Positions 46,028 to 56,294 of a stretch of 64,000 bases of DNA are shown here, in pieces. The notes beneath the pieces are model-generated. The model was not told the DNA's origin and made no database searches. It worked only from the letters and a program-made list of their open reading frames with translations. Position numbers and translations under genes: made by a program. Position 1 is the stretch's first letter. Every line of letters begins with the position of its first letter. The DNA lies in assembly GCA_045616525.1 (NCBI GenBank), contig JAZLGY010000095.1, positions 18,849 through 82,848 of the forward strand. Reading direction: 5' to 3'. Origin of the DNA: Acetatifactor sp. (GTDB taxonomy: Bacteria; Bacillota; Clostridia; Lachnospirales; Lachnospiraceae).

Positions 46028-48946
46028 CTATATTTCATTATTGGAAACACCATCTTCGGGTGTATCCGCAGTACCGTTCAAAATATCGTCTGCATCCTTA
46101 AGCTTGAAATAATAACAAATAATATCTTTGGTTGTCTGTGCTGCGTAGTCAGAAGAATATCCGAAAGGAATTCTGACAGTAATAGCAATCTGAGGTTCTT
46201 TATATGGCGCAAAACCAACAAATAAAGCATGGTTTGGTCTGGATTTAGTCTGCTCAGCTGTACCGGTTTTTCCGGCACATTCAATTTCCAGCTCACGGAA
46301 GTATTTCTTTCCTTCTACTACACGCTTCATACCAAGTTTAATGGCGGACCAGTATTGCTCAGGCATATCTACATGATTACGAATATCAGGACTATAATCG
46401 TATAATTTATTTCCCTGGGCATCTGTGGAGTGCTGTAATAAAGTAAGATCATAACAGGTACCACCATTGGCAATGGTAGATACATATCGGGTTAATCCAA
46501 CTGCAGTGAAACTGTTAGTACCCTGTCCGATTGCAGAAGGAACAGGAAGCTCATCAGAAACACTGGGAGCATACTCCTCAATTTCAACCCCTGTTTTATC
46601 TGTCAAACCATATAAATCAGCATATTTAGCCAAGGTTTCCAAGCCTTCCTGGGCATTATAGCTTCCGCTTCTGGTTGAAAGCTTATAACCTACATCATAG
46701 AAATAATAGTTGCAGGAATTTTGGATAGCTCCTGTAACATCCAAATCACCATGTCCTACGTGCTTCCAACACCATGGAGAAGGTGTAATCTGTTTATACT
46801 GACCAACACAACGGGTCTTACTATTCACGGTAATAACACCTTCCATGAGTCCTGCGGTTGCACTAACCATCTTGTAAGTAGAACCCGGTGCCGCTTTATA
46901 CTGGGTGGCGTAATTCATTAAAGGTCCGGTTTTATCGTTTAACAGCTTTGAATAATATTCCGGGTCTACAGAATTGGCCATCTTATTGTTATCATAACCG
47001 GGATAAGAAACCATGGCCTTTACATGACCTTCCATGTCTGTAATAACAACTGTACCGCTACATGGGTCCAATGCAAGCTGAGCAGGTGTGATTTCAAGGT
47101 TTTTAATACGATCAACCATAAATTGATAAGAAGAAATCTTGCCATCATAGAAATCCTGCACTACCTGTTCCGGAAGAATGACCTGTCCCTGTTCACAGAT
47201 CAGCTTACAGATTTCTTTTCCTGTAAGGACATCGTTTTTGATCATAAAACGGTAGATCTTCTTTTGAAATTCTACATTATCAGGAAGCTGTTCAAATACA
47301 TAATCTATGACACTTTTATAGATTTCTTCGGAATCCAAATACTGTTGTGGAAGCTTTAACAGGTCTGTATTTATCCAGTTCTGAGAAATACAATACTGCA
47401 AATATTCCTTCATACTGATGACTTCATCATTGGTCCAGGCAATATACATGGAATCCTCCTGATTTACAAGAGACATATCCAAAACACCATTTTTAATCAA
47501 AATGGAATTGACAATAAACAATTCATAATTCTGATATTCCAAAGAAAGATGGTTATAAGAGGTAGCACTTTGTGTCATTTCTTTTCGTAATTTTTCGTAT
47601 ACCCCATCCTTATAGCTGATATATTTACTGTACACGGTTCTCTCTGTATCAGTGGCATTTTCAGAAGTAAAATGACCAATATCAATTAAACCATTATTGA
47701 TGGTTGCAAAATAAACATCATAAATGGGAATCTTAATATCACCGGCAGTTGAATTGGCGGAAGGATTGTATTCCTTCGCATTTATGATTTTATCGCTCAA
47801 TATACCTGCAATATGCTGCTCCAAAATATGGTAGCAGGCAATCTGTAAATCCATGTCAATGGTAAGATATACATTGTTTCCGGCAACAGAATCTTCTCTT
47901 TCAAGAATACCAATTACCTTACCCATGTTATCTACACTAACTCTTTCATATCCCTTTTGTCCCTGCAAAAGAAGCTCCATGGATTCTTCAATTCCGCCTT
48001 TACCCACAATGTCATTCGTGCTATATCGTTCCGGGGAACCACCCTCTGCTTCGCTTCGCTCGTTAAAGTTTTTTACCTCATCGGCATCAATCTTGCCTAC
48101 ATAACCCAATATATGGGCAAAATATTTACTGTAGTTATAACGACGAATGGTATCTTCTACAATACTTACGCCGGGTAAAACATCGTTATTTTCCATCAAC
48201 ATGGCAACCGTTGTGGGCTGTATATCTTTTGCAATAATTGTTCCAATATATTTCTGATAGCTGGTAAGCTGCATGTTATATCGTATGGTTAAAACCTTTA
48301 AAAGCTCTTCCTTGGAATACCCCTTTCCAACGATAAATACATCCTTATCATTGCTGTCCTTTTCATATTCACCTATAGCAAACATAGATTTGCCACATAA
48401 ATAATTAATGACATCCTCTACAGAGGAATTACGTTCCTGTAATGTCATTTTATCTATGGTGGTTCTTCCGTATACATCCGCCAGGAAACGTAACTTACGT
48501 GTACCCTCCACGTTGAAAACGTATTGATTATTTTCATCAAGAATGATATTAAAATCAGAAACCACATGATCTCCGTTTTTCTCAATCATGGTGATTAATA
48601 AACGAATGGTAGCATTCAAATCTTTATTTTTAGTTGTTGATTTTTCAAAAACGTCTTCGATTTTAACAGAATAAGCCAGTTCATCGTATGCAAGTAAATT
48701 GCCATTACAGTCGTAGATACTTCCTCTGGAGGAGGGAATATCTCTGGTTTTCTCTGTGAACAGCATAAACTTGTCCATGTATTCCTGACCATGTACAATC
48801 TGAAGATCAAAACATCTTTTCATAAGTACAATGGATAATGCCAGGAAAACGATTGTAAGAACTGTTAATCTGCTTGTTAGAAAATTGAAAATGTTTTCTC
48901 TGATTTTCTCAAACAAATTTTCTAGCTCTCTTTCTTTCAAACTCAT
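46028..48946 (-). CDS. mrdA: class B penicillin-binding protein 2 (elongasome transpeptidase), unusually long
   Basis: 972 aa; N-terminal TM, PBP-dimer domain, STYK, SCN, KTGTA transpeptidase motifs in the last third; about 300 extra residues between pedestal and TPase. Confidence 0.9.
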   Translation of the reverse strand: MSLKERELENLFEKIRENIFNFLTSRLTVLTIVFLALSIVLMKRCFDLQIVHGQEYMDKFMLFTEKTRDIPSSRGSIYDCNGNLLAYDELAYSVKIEDVFEKSTTKNKDLNATIRLLITMIEKNGDHVVSDFNIILDENNQYVFNVEGTRKLRFLADVYGRTTIDKMTLQERNSSVEDVINYLCGKSMFAIGEYEKDSNDKDVFIVGKGYSKEELLKVLTIRYNMQLTSYQKYIGTIIAKDIQPTTVAMLMENNDVLPGVSIVEDTIRRYNYSKYFAHILGYVGKIDADEVKNFNERSEAEGGSPERYSTNDIVGKGGIEESMELLLQGQKGYERVSVDNMGKVIGILEREDSVAGNNVYLTIDMDLQIACYHILEQHIAGILSDKIINAKEYNPSANSTAGDIKIPIYDVYFATINNGLIDIGHFTSENATDTERTVYSKYISYKDGVYEKLRKEMTQSATSYNHLSLEYQNYELFIVNSILIKNGVLDMSLVNQEDSMYIAWTNDEVISMKEYLQYCISQNWINTDLLKLPQQYLDSEEIYKSVIDYVFEQLPDNVEFQKKIYRFMIKNDVLTGKEICKLICEQGQVILPEQVVQDFYDGKISSYQFMVDRIKNLEITPAQLALDPCSGTVVITDMEGHVKAMVSYPGYDNNKMANSVDPEYYSKLLNDKTGPLMNYATQYKAAPGSTYKMVSATAGLMEGVITVNSKTRCVGQYKQITPSPWCWKHVGHGDLDVTGAIQNSCNYYFYDVGYKLSTRSGSYNAQEGLETLAKYADLYGLTDKTGVEIEEYAPSVSDELPVPSAIGQGTNSFTAVGLTRYVSTIANGGTCYDLTLLQHSTDAQGNKLYDYSPDIRNHVDMPEQYWSAIKLGMKRVVEGKKYFRELEIECAGKTGTAEQTKSRPNHALFVGFAPYKEPQIAITVRIPFGYSSDYAAQTTKDIICYYFKLKDADDILNGTADTPEDGVSNNEI

Positions 48947-49427
48947 CTAATCCGCGCTCAATCACAAGTAACAACGGATATAATGCACAGGTGATAATTA
49001 ATGTATAAATCACTTCCGGAATAATAATATTTCGGAAATAGAAACCAAAATCAAATTTACCTCTTAACATGAATAAAAATACATAATTAAGCATACCATA
49101 GGATAAATCACTGGTAACAATTAAGGCCATGGGCAGCTTTATGTCTTCCGGATAGAATATTCTTGAGAAGAACCCGTTTAAAAATCCGATATACATAAAT
49201 ATTAGTGCCTGAAATCCAATGACATCGCTGAAAAAAACATCAAAAATTAATCCGGCAAAAAAACCGATGATTAATCCGTTCTTTTCATCACGCATAAATC
49301 CTATGCTGGCTGTTAATATAATCAGCAGATTAGGGACGATACCGCCAAAAGCAAGTGCTCTAAACAGTGTCGTTTGTAATATAAAGCATATTAATATGCA
49401 TAAGGCATATACCAATTTCCTTAGCAT
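48909..49427 (-). CDS. mreD: rod shape-determining protein MreD
   Basis: 172-aa polytopic protein following mreC. Confidence 0.85.
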   Translation of the reverse strand: MLRKLVYALCILICFILQTTLFRALAFGGIVPNLLIILTASIGFMRDEKNGLIIGFFAGLIFDVFFSDVIGFQALIFMYIGFLNGFFSRIFYPEDIKLPMALIVTSDLSYGMLNYVFLFMLRGKFDFGFYFRNIIIPEVIYTLIITCALYPLLLVIERGLDEFERKRARKFV

Positions 49428-49430
49428 TCG

Positions 49431-50303
49431 CTACTCCTCTATCAAATATTCCTTTTGATCAGTAATAATCAAAACCTCTTCTAAATGTTCAAAATCCACA
49501 GCCGGAACTAAAAATCCGGATTTGGTAAGGTTGTTGGAATCCTTATCCACTGTATCAATGGTACCAATTAAAATATTAGGTAGATATTTATCGCTAATAT
49601 GGCTGGTAACAACCTTGTCTCCTACCTGTACCTGATCTTTACTATCAATTAACTGGCTGAAATGAATTACTCCGTCCTTCATGGTTTGTAAATCACCCGT
49701 AACAATCATTGTATCTGATACATTAATTGTTTTTGCAGAAACATTGGAGTTATCGGCTATAATGGAAACCACCTTGGACCAGTTGGGACCAACCTGTGTT
49801 ACTCTGCCAACAAGACCACCACCTGCTATAACATTCATATCTACACAAATGCCATCATTTGAGCCTTTATCAATAATAAAGCTACTATACCAGTTGCCTG
49901 CATCTCTGCCGATAATTCTGGCACCAACCTTGTGGTATTCATCATACTGGCTATCAAGCTTATAGAGCTCTCTTAATCTGTTCAGTTCGTTTTTTTCCTG
50001 AATCAGCAATGTATTTTCTACTGTTAATTCATCAATTTGTGCCTTTAATGCAGCATTTTCATCCATTAACTGATTAATGGTCTGTACATCATCAAAACGA
50101 TTGGTTATCCAATGTCCCATATTACTGAAGCCTTGCTGGAAAGGAACAATAATATAACCCACTGCTGTGTTTAAAGGACGATTAAAGATATTCGTACTTA
50201 CGGTTGCAGCCATTAAGATTGTACATAAAATTGTAAGTATAAAAAGGAGATATTTACTTGGAATAGAAAATTTATCTCCGCCTTTTTTTATTACCGGACT
50301 CAT
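49431..50303 (-). CDS. mreC: rod shape-determining protein MreC
   Basis: 290 aa; TM, coiled coil (ENAALKAQIDELTVEN), beta-barrel domains (GGLVGRV). Confidence 0.9.
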   Translation of the reverse strand: MSPVIKKGGDKFSIPSKYLLFILTILCTILMAATVSTNIFNRPLNTAVGYIIVPFQQGFSNMGHWITNRFDDVQTINQLMDENAALKAQIDELTVENTLLIQEKNELNRLRELYKLDSQYDEYHKVGARIIGRDAGNWYSSFIIDKGSNDGICVDMNVIAGGGLVGRVTQVGPNWSKVVSIIADNSNVSAKTINVSDTMIVTGDLQTMKDGVIHFSQLIDSKDQVQVGDKVVTSHISDKYLPNILIGTIDTVDKDSNNLTKSGFLVPAVDFEHLEEVLIITDQKEYLIEE

Positions 50304-51316
50304 CGATTCATCCCTTCAATTGAATATGCTAGGTTTTTATAGCTGTTATCTTGAATAATCTTGGCAAGACCAAATGCAACGCTATTTGCACCATTTTTAC
50401 TTATATTAACATTTAAGTTTGTAATTTCGGCCATTTTCTCTTTAAGGCCCAATATTCCTGAGCTTCCACCGGTTAAATAAATTCCATGTTTATATATATC
50501 CGAACTTAATTCCGGTGGAATGCGTTCCAAGGTACCCTTAACCGCATCAATGATGGTATTAAAATGTTCTTCAAAGCATTTTACAATTAATTTGTTAGGA
50601 ATGGCTTTTTCGGCAGGAAGACCTGAAACGATATCTCTTCCAAAAACAACAGCTTCCATATTTTTCTTTTCAAGATCACTAATGGACATTTTTACATTTT
50701 CTGCTGTTTTTCCACCAATTAAAAGATTATATTCCTTTTTTACAATGGCTTTGATGGAATCATCAAATTTAGAACCACCAATTTTTAATAGTCTGCTAAG
50801 TACGATACCGCCCTTGGATACGATTGAGATTTCCGTTGTATCATAACCGATATTCACAATAAAAAGCGCTGCCGGAGTTTTTTCTTCAAGTTCCAGGCCA
50901 AAGCTATCCGCTACAGCTTTATCAATTGCCATAATCTTTTTGGCCTTTACGGAGCTACTGCGAATCAAATCGAAAAATGCTCTTTTTTCAACTTCAGTAA
51001 TCTCTGTGGGAACAGCCAGCAAAAAATCTGCATTAGAAAGCCTTCCCCTTTGAATATCGGTTAAAAGGTACTTCATCAGCTGTTGCATATTATTAATATC
51101 TGAAATAGTTCCAAAGCTTAAGGGGAAACTGACTTTGATATTGGCCGGAGCCTTTTCATACATATCAAAAGCATCATCTCCATAAGCATAAATGGTATTT
51201 CTGTTTTCTACTGCAATTACATTTTTTTCGACAACAATATTATCATCATTCTTGCTGTAGATTTTAATACTGCTTGTACCCAAATCTATTCCAAATACAT
51301 TCGTAGAGAAAAACAT
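50300..51316 (-). CDS. mreB: rod shape-determining actin homologue MreB
   Basis: 338 aa; GIDLGTSSIKIY phosphate-1 motif, YLTGGSS. Confidence 0.92.
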   Translation of the reverse strand: MFFSTNVFGIDLGTSSIKIYSKNDDNIVVEKNVIAVENRNTIYAYGDDAFDMYEKAPANIKVSFPLSFGTISDINNMQQLMKYLLTDIQRGRLSNADFLLAVPTEITEVEKRAFFDLIRSSSVKAKKIMAIDKAVADSFGLELEEKTPAALFIVNIGYDTTEISIVSKGGIVLSRLLKIGGSKFDDSIKAIVKKEYNLLIGGKTAENVKMSISDLEKKNMEAVVFGRDIVSGLPAEKAIPNKLIVKCFEEHFNTIIDAVKGTLERIPPELSSDIYKHGIYLTGGSSGILGLKEKMAEITNLNVNISKNGANSVAFGLAKIIQDNSYKNLAYSIEGMNR

Positions 51317-51333
51317 AAAGATTTCCTTTCGGT

Positions 51334-51999
51334 TTAAAGATCATTGTGTTCTGCAAAGCTAAAGTAAACATTATCACCAATGACAATATGATCTAACAAA
51401 GGAATTCCAAGTAGCTCACCTAATTCACTGATTTTCTTTGTTGATTCATAATCACTTTCGCTAGGAGTAGGATCTCCACTGGGATGATTATGAAGCAAAA
51501 CTATATTTACTGCTTTTCTGTGTAAGGCCTCCAAAAATATTTCTCTTGGGGGAACCAAAGACATTCTGACACTTCCACTGGTTATAATATCGTGACAGAT
51601 CATTTTGCATTTGTTATCAAGACACAAAAGAACAAGACATTCCGTTTTTTTGTGTCTTAATTGTTCCATAAAATAGGAAGCAATACTGCTTGGAGAACTT
51701 AAGCATAAATTAACTTTCGTTTTTTGCATGGAAATACGCTTGGATATTTCTGTAATGCACAGTAACTTTACTGCCTTTACTTCTCCAATTCCCTTGATTT
51801 TTTGTAAATCCTCTGCTGTTAAATTGTAAAGTGTCAGCAGATTTTCATCCGTGCCGTTTAAAGATAGGATTTCTTCTGCCAAGGAAAGGGCATCCTTATT
51901 GGAAGTACCTGTTCGAAGAATAATTGCCAAAAGCTCTGCATCTGTTAAGCTTTCCGCTCCCATCTTCATAAATTTTTCATACGGCTTAATATGATTCAT
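51334..51999 (-). CDS. radC: RadC-family JAB-domain protein
   Basis: 221 aa; HhH (GIGEVKAVKL) plus HNHPSGDPTPS JAMM motif. Confidence 0.9.
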   Translation of the reverse strand: MNHIKPYEKFMKMGAESLTDAELLAIILRTGTSNKDALSLAEEILSLNGTDENLLTLYNLTAEDLQKIKGIGEVKAVKLLCITEISKRISMQKTKVNLCLSSPSSIASYFMEQLRHKKTECLVLLCLDNKCKMICHDIITSGSVRMSLVPPREIFLEALHRKAVNIVLLHNHPSGDPTPSESDYESTKKISELGELLGIPLLDHIVIGDNVYFSFAEHNDL

Positions 52000-52094
52000 A
52001 TAGCCACCTTTCTACTCAAAGAAAGCGACTTCTCCCATTTATCAACAGATATATTAGCACACTTGTAAGGAACTGTATACCAATTGAAATTTAT

Positions 52095-53420
52095 TTATTT
52101 CGATGTTTTATTTAATTCTTCTGTAAGTTTCACCACATCCTTTGTCGAAACAAGACCTTTATTTACGAGGGATTGTAAAGACATCAAAATACCAAATTTG
52201 GCATGCTGCCATGTAAGACCGCCCTGGAAATATACAGCATAGGGAGGCTTGATTGGACCGTCTGCAGACAATTCAATAGAAGATCCTGAAACAAAGGCGC
52301 CTGCGGCCATGATAACTTTTGCATCATAACCGGGCATATCCCAGGGCTCAGGAGTAACATAGCTATCTATTGGAGCTGCGGCCTGGATTCCTTCACAGAA
52401 GGCAACTACACCCTCAGGTGTTCCAAAGGTAACTGCTTGAATAATATCATGTCTTGACTCTGTGCTGTTTGGTACAACCTGATAGCCTAATTTTTCATAG
52501 ATATTAGCTGCAAAAATTGCACCCTTTAAAGCACCTGCTGTAACAGTCGGTGATAAAAATAATCCCTGGTAAAAGGAACTTAAAATACCTAAGGATGCAC
52601 CAACCTCCTTGCCAAGTCCGGGACTGGTTAAACGGTAAGCTGCATTCTCTATGCACTCTTTTTTACCTGCAATATATCCACCAATTGGTGCAAGTCCACC
52701 GCCGGGATTTTTAATCAAAGAACCAACCACCATATCAGCGCCTACATTTGAGGGCTCCAGGGTTTCTACAAATTCACCGTAGCAGTTATCTACCATACAG
52801 ATGACATCCGGTTTAATGTTTTTGATAAAGGAAATTAGTTCACCAATTCTGGAAACAGACAAGGTAGGTCTGGTCTGATAGCCCTTGGAACGCTGAATTG
52901 TAACTAATTTTGTCTTTTCATTGATTGCTTTCTTGATATTTTCATAATCAAAAGAACCATCCTGAAGTAAATCAACCTGTTTGTAGGTAATCCCATATTC
53001 AGCAAGAGAACCCTTGGAAGATCTAATACCAATGACTTCCTCCAGGGTATCATAGGGCTTGCCTACAGGGGAAAGCAATTCATCCCCCGGTCTTAAATTA
53101 CTCATTAATGCAAGGGCAAGGGCATGGGTTCCACAGGTAATCTGTGGGCGTACCAATGCATCTTCTGTACCAAAGATACTTGCATATACCTTTTCGAGAG
53201 TATCCCTGCCAATATCGTTATAACCATAACCGGTAGTACCAAGTAAGCATGCCTCTCCTACTTGATTTTCCTGCATTGCCTTCAGAACCTTTAACTGATT
53301 ATATTCAGCATTCCGGTCAATATTTTCAAAACGCTCCTTCAAAGACTTTAATACAGCCTCTCCAAAGTCATATACTTCAGAGCTGATTTTCATTGCATTA
53401 TAATATGATTTTAAATCCAT
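52095..53420 (-). CDS. methionine gamma-lyase-family PLP protein (YnbB / aluminium-resistance family)
   Basis: 441 aa; GYGYNDIGRDTLEKVYA, SLIKNPGGG (PLP Lys) blocks. Confidence 0.85.
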   Translation of the reverse strand: MDLKSYYNAMKISSEVYDFGEAVLKSLKERFENIDRNAEYNQLKVLKAMQENQVGEACLLGTTGYGYNDIGRDTLEKVYASIFGTEDALVRPQITCGTHALALALMSNLRPGDELLSPVGKPYDTLEEVIGIRSSKGSLAEYGITYKQVDLLQDGSFDYENIKKAINEKTKLVTIQRSKGYQTRPTLSVSRIGELISFIKNIKPDVICMVDNCYGEFVETLEPSNVGADMVVGSLIKNPGGGLAPIGGYIAGKKECIENAAYRLTSPGLGKEVGASLGILSSFYQGLFLSPTVTAGALKGAIFAANIYEKLGYQVVPNSTESRHDIIQAVTFGTPEGVVAFCEGIQAAAPIDSYVTPEPWDMPGYDAKVIMAAGAFVSGSSIELSADGPIKPPYAVYFQGGLTWQHAKFGILMSLQSLVNKGLVSTKDVVKLTEELNKTSK

Positions 53421-53421
53421 T

Positions 53422-54381
53422 TTAATTCCTTTCCAGAATCCCTTTTTCCCTGCAAAGAGATAATATATATTCTAATATCTTATTTTTGTCATAATCAAAC
53501 CTTTGTTTATCCAGCCAGCAGACATCTTTTTCTCTTCGAAACCAGGTAAGCTGTCTTTTGGCAAAATGACGTGTTTCTTTCTGAATCAGTTCCTTGGCGT
53601 CCGTCAGGCTCATTTCTCCGTCCAGAGCTTTTAAAATTTCTTTATAACCAATTCCCTGCATAGAAACCATATCCTTATGATAACCTTTGGCTTTTAATCC
53701 TTTGACTTCTTCAACCAGACCCTGTTCAAACATAATTTCCACACGTTTGTCTATATTTTTGTAAAGCTTTTCTCTATCATCGTTTAAAACAAAGTATAAA
53801 GAATTATAAGCAGATTCTTTTTCCTTTTCTACTTCATTATGTTCTGAAATAAGGTTCCCTGTCTGATGGTAATATTCTAAGGCGCGAATCGTTCGTTTTA
53901 CATTATTTTGGTGTATTGCTTCGGCTGATTTTGGATCCACTTCCTTTAGCATTTCATGTAAAACTTCAGGTCCTTTTTCAAGGGCAAGCTTTTCTAATTC
54001 TTCTCTGTAAGAGGTATCAGCGGGATTTTCCGTAAAATCAATATCTCTTAATACTGCCTGAATATAAAAACCTGTTCCACCGGTTAAGATAGGGATTTTT
54101 CCTTTTGCATATATTTGTTCCAGAGCTTCCTTACATTTTTCCTGAAAAAACATAACGTTAAATTCATCTTCCGGATTCAAGATATCAATTAAATGATGCG
54201 GAACCCCATCCATTTCTTCCTGGGTAATCTTGGCACTGCCAATATCCATTCCACGATAAACCTGCATAGAATCAGCAGATATAATCTCACCATTTATGGC
54301 CTTGGCCAGAGAAATAGATAAATCAGTTTTTCCAACAGCTGTGGGCCCTGTTAATACTAATAAAGGTTTCTTATTGGTCAT
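53422..54381 (-). CDS. miaA: tRNA dimethylallyltransferase
   Basis: 319 aa; GPTAVGKT P-loop, DSMQVYRGMDIGSAK. Confidence 0.95.
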   Translation of the reverse strand: MTNKKPLLVLTGPTAVGKTDLSISLAKAINGEIISADSMQVYRGMDIGSAKITQEEMDGVPHHLIDILNPEDEFNVMFFQEKCKEALEQIYAKGKIPILTGGTGFYIQAVLRDIDFTENPADTSYREELEKLALEKGPEVLHEMLKEVDPKSAEAIHQNNVKRTIRALEYYHQTGNLISEHNEVEKEKESAYNSLYFVLNDDREKLYKNIDKRVEIMFEQGLVEEVKGLKAKGYHKDMVSMQGIGYKEILKALDGEMSLTDAKELIQKETRHFAKRQLTWFRREKDVCWLDKQRFDYDKNKILEYILSLCREKGILERN

Positions 54382-56291
54382 CGTTTAAATTTTTTCTCCA
54401 TTTCATATTTGGATACAGAGATAATAGTTGGTCTGCCATGGGGACAGTTATAAGGATTCTCCAAGGTTAATAGCTCATCAATTAACTTGTGGGCTTCTTC
54501 GAAGCTTAATGTGTTATTTCCCTTTACGGCAGCCTTGCAGGACATAGAAGCGATTTTATCGGTAATAACACGCAAATCTCCCTTGATGCCCAAATCCGCA
54601 AGCTCGTCTAAAACCTCTATAAACAATTCCTTTTCATTGCAGCCATATAAATCAACGGGTACAGCTCGGATTGTATATTCTTTGCCTCCAAAAGGATCTA
54701 TTTCATAGCCTAAGCTTTCAAAAACATGAGCATATTCAAGATAGGTTCGCTCTTCAAGTCCATTTAGGCTTACTACCATAGCCGGCATTAAATTTTGACT
54801 GACCACATTCTTTTCATGATATTGCTTCATGAATCTTTCGTATTTTACCTTCTCATGAGCAGCATGCTGGTCAATAATCAAAAGCTTTTGATCATATTCA
54901 ATCATCCAGTAGGTATCGAAAACCTGTCCGATGATTCTAAAATCCTTTCTGTTTTCCGGTGTTAATACTTTTTCGTCAAATAAATTTTGCTGTGTATATT
55001 CTTCGATTTCCTCACGTACCTTTTTGTAAGCGACCTCTTCCTTAACAACAAATTCCTGTTTTCTGTTTACTTCAAAGGGTTCCGGCGCTTTTACCGGGTG
55101 ATTTTCTTTGGGCTCTTCTTTCACACTAACCGGCACAGTCAATGTTTGAACAGTTTCGTTGACTGCACCAGTCACAGATTTGGCTATAGGTGCAACCGAC
55201 ACATCCACATATCTCTTCTCTTTTAAACTTATGGTAGACTGCAGAGAAGGATTTGCAACCGGGATTTTCTCTCCCTGAAAGCTCACAGAGGGAATCATCT
55301 CTTTGTGAGTTAATTTATAGGCTACAGCTTCACTTAATAATTTAAAAATGCCTGGTTCATCCTGGAATCGAACCTCCATTTTGGATGGATGCACGTTAAC
55401 GTCAACCTTGCTCAAATCATTTAAGGTAATTTCAAGAAAGCATAACGGGAATTTATGCTGCATCAAATACTGTCGAAAACCCTCTTCCACCGCTTTGGAT
55501 AAGAGCATGCTCTTAACATATCTTCCGTTTAAAAAGAAAATTTCAAAATTACGATTGGATCGAACAACGGAAGGGGTTCCTAAATATCCCTTTATTGTAA
55601 GATCTTCATTTTCCACCTTAAATGGCACCAGGTTTTTAACAAAATCCTTACCATAGATTCGATAAATCACTTCTTTGATATCGCCATTGCCGGAGGTGTA
55701 AAATCTAGTCTGATTTCCCAAAATAAATTTCATGGCAATATCAGGCCTTGATAATGCCAAATGCTCCATTAAATCAGTAATTGCACCGCCTTCTGCAGCC
55801 GGACTTTTCAAAAATTTCTTTCTTGCAGGGGTATTAAAGAATAGGTTTCGAATTAAAAAGGTGGTACCATTGGGTGCACCAATTTCTTCAAAATTGACTT
55901 CTTTTTCTCCTTCCATTATGAGGTGGGAACCTGTTAGGGAATCTGCAGTTTTTGTAATCAGTTCTACCTGTGATACCGCACAAATACTGGATAATGCTTC
56001 CCCTCGAAAGCCCAGAGAGGAAATATGACTTAAATCATCTGCATTTTGAATCTTACTGGTTGCATGTCGTAGAAAAGCCTTACGAATCTGGTCTTTTTCT
56101 ATACCATGTCCATTATCTGTAATGCGCATGAAGCTAATACCACCCTCTTTAATCTCAACGGTAATAGAGGTGGCTCCGGCATCTATAGCATTTTCTACCA
56201 ATTCTTTTATTACACTGGAAGGTCTTTCAACTACTTCACCTGCCGCTATTCTGTTTATGGTCGCACTATCAAGTACTCTAATTTCAGGCAT
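54378..56291 (-). CDS. mutL: DNA mismatch repair protein MutL
   Basis: 637 aa; AAGEVVERPSSVIKELVENAIDA GHKL ATPase; C-terminal endonuclease motif DQHAAHEKV. Confidence 0.95.
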   Translation of the reverse strand: MPEIRVLDSATINRIAAGEVVERPSSVIKELVENAIDAGATSITVEIKEGGISFMRITDNGHGIEKDQIRKAFLRHATSKIQNADDLSHISSLGFRGEALSSICAVSQVELITKTADSLTGSHLIMEGEKEVNFEEIGAPNGTTFLIRNLFFNTPARKKFLKSPAAEGGAITDLMEHLALSRPDIAMKFILGNQTRFYTSGNGDIKEVIYRIYGKDFVKNLVPFKVENEDLTIKGYLGTPSVVRSNRNFEIFFLNGRYVKSMLLSKAVEEGFRQYLMQHKFPLCFLEITLNDLSKVDVNVHPSKMEVRFQDEPGIFKLLSEAVAYKLTHKEMIPSVSFQGEKIPVANPSLQSTISLKEKRYVDVSVAPIAKSVTGAVNETVQTLTVPVSVKEEPKENHPVKAPEPFEVNRKQEFVVKEEVAYKKVREEIEEYTQQNLFDEKVLTPENRKDFRIIGQVFDTYWMIEYDQKLLIIDQHAAHEKVKYERFMKQYHEKNVVSQNLMPAMVVSLNGLEERTYLEYAHVFESLGYEIDPFGGKEYTIRAVPVDLYGCNEKELFIEVLDELADLGIKGDLRVITDKIASMSCKAAVKGNNTLSFEEAHKLIDELLTLENPYNCPHGRPTIISVSKYEMEKKFKR

Positions 56292-56294
56292 ATT

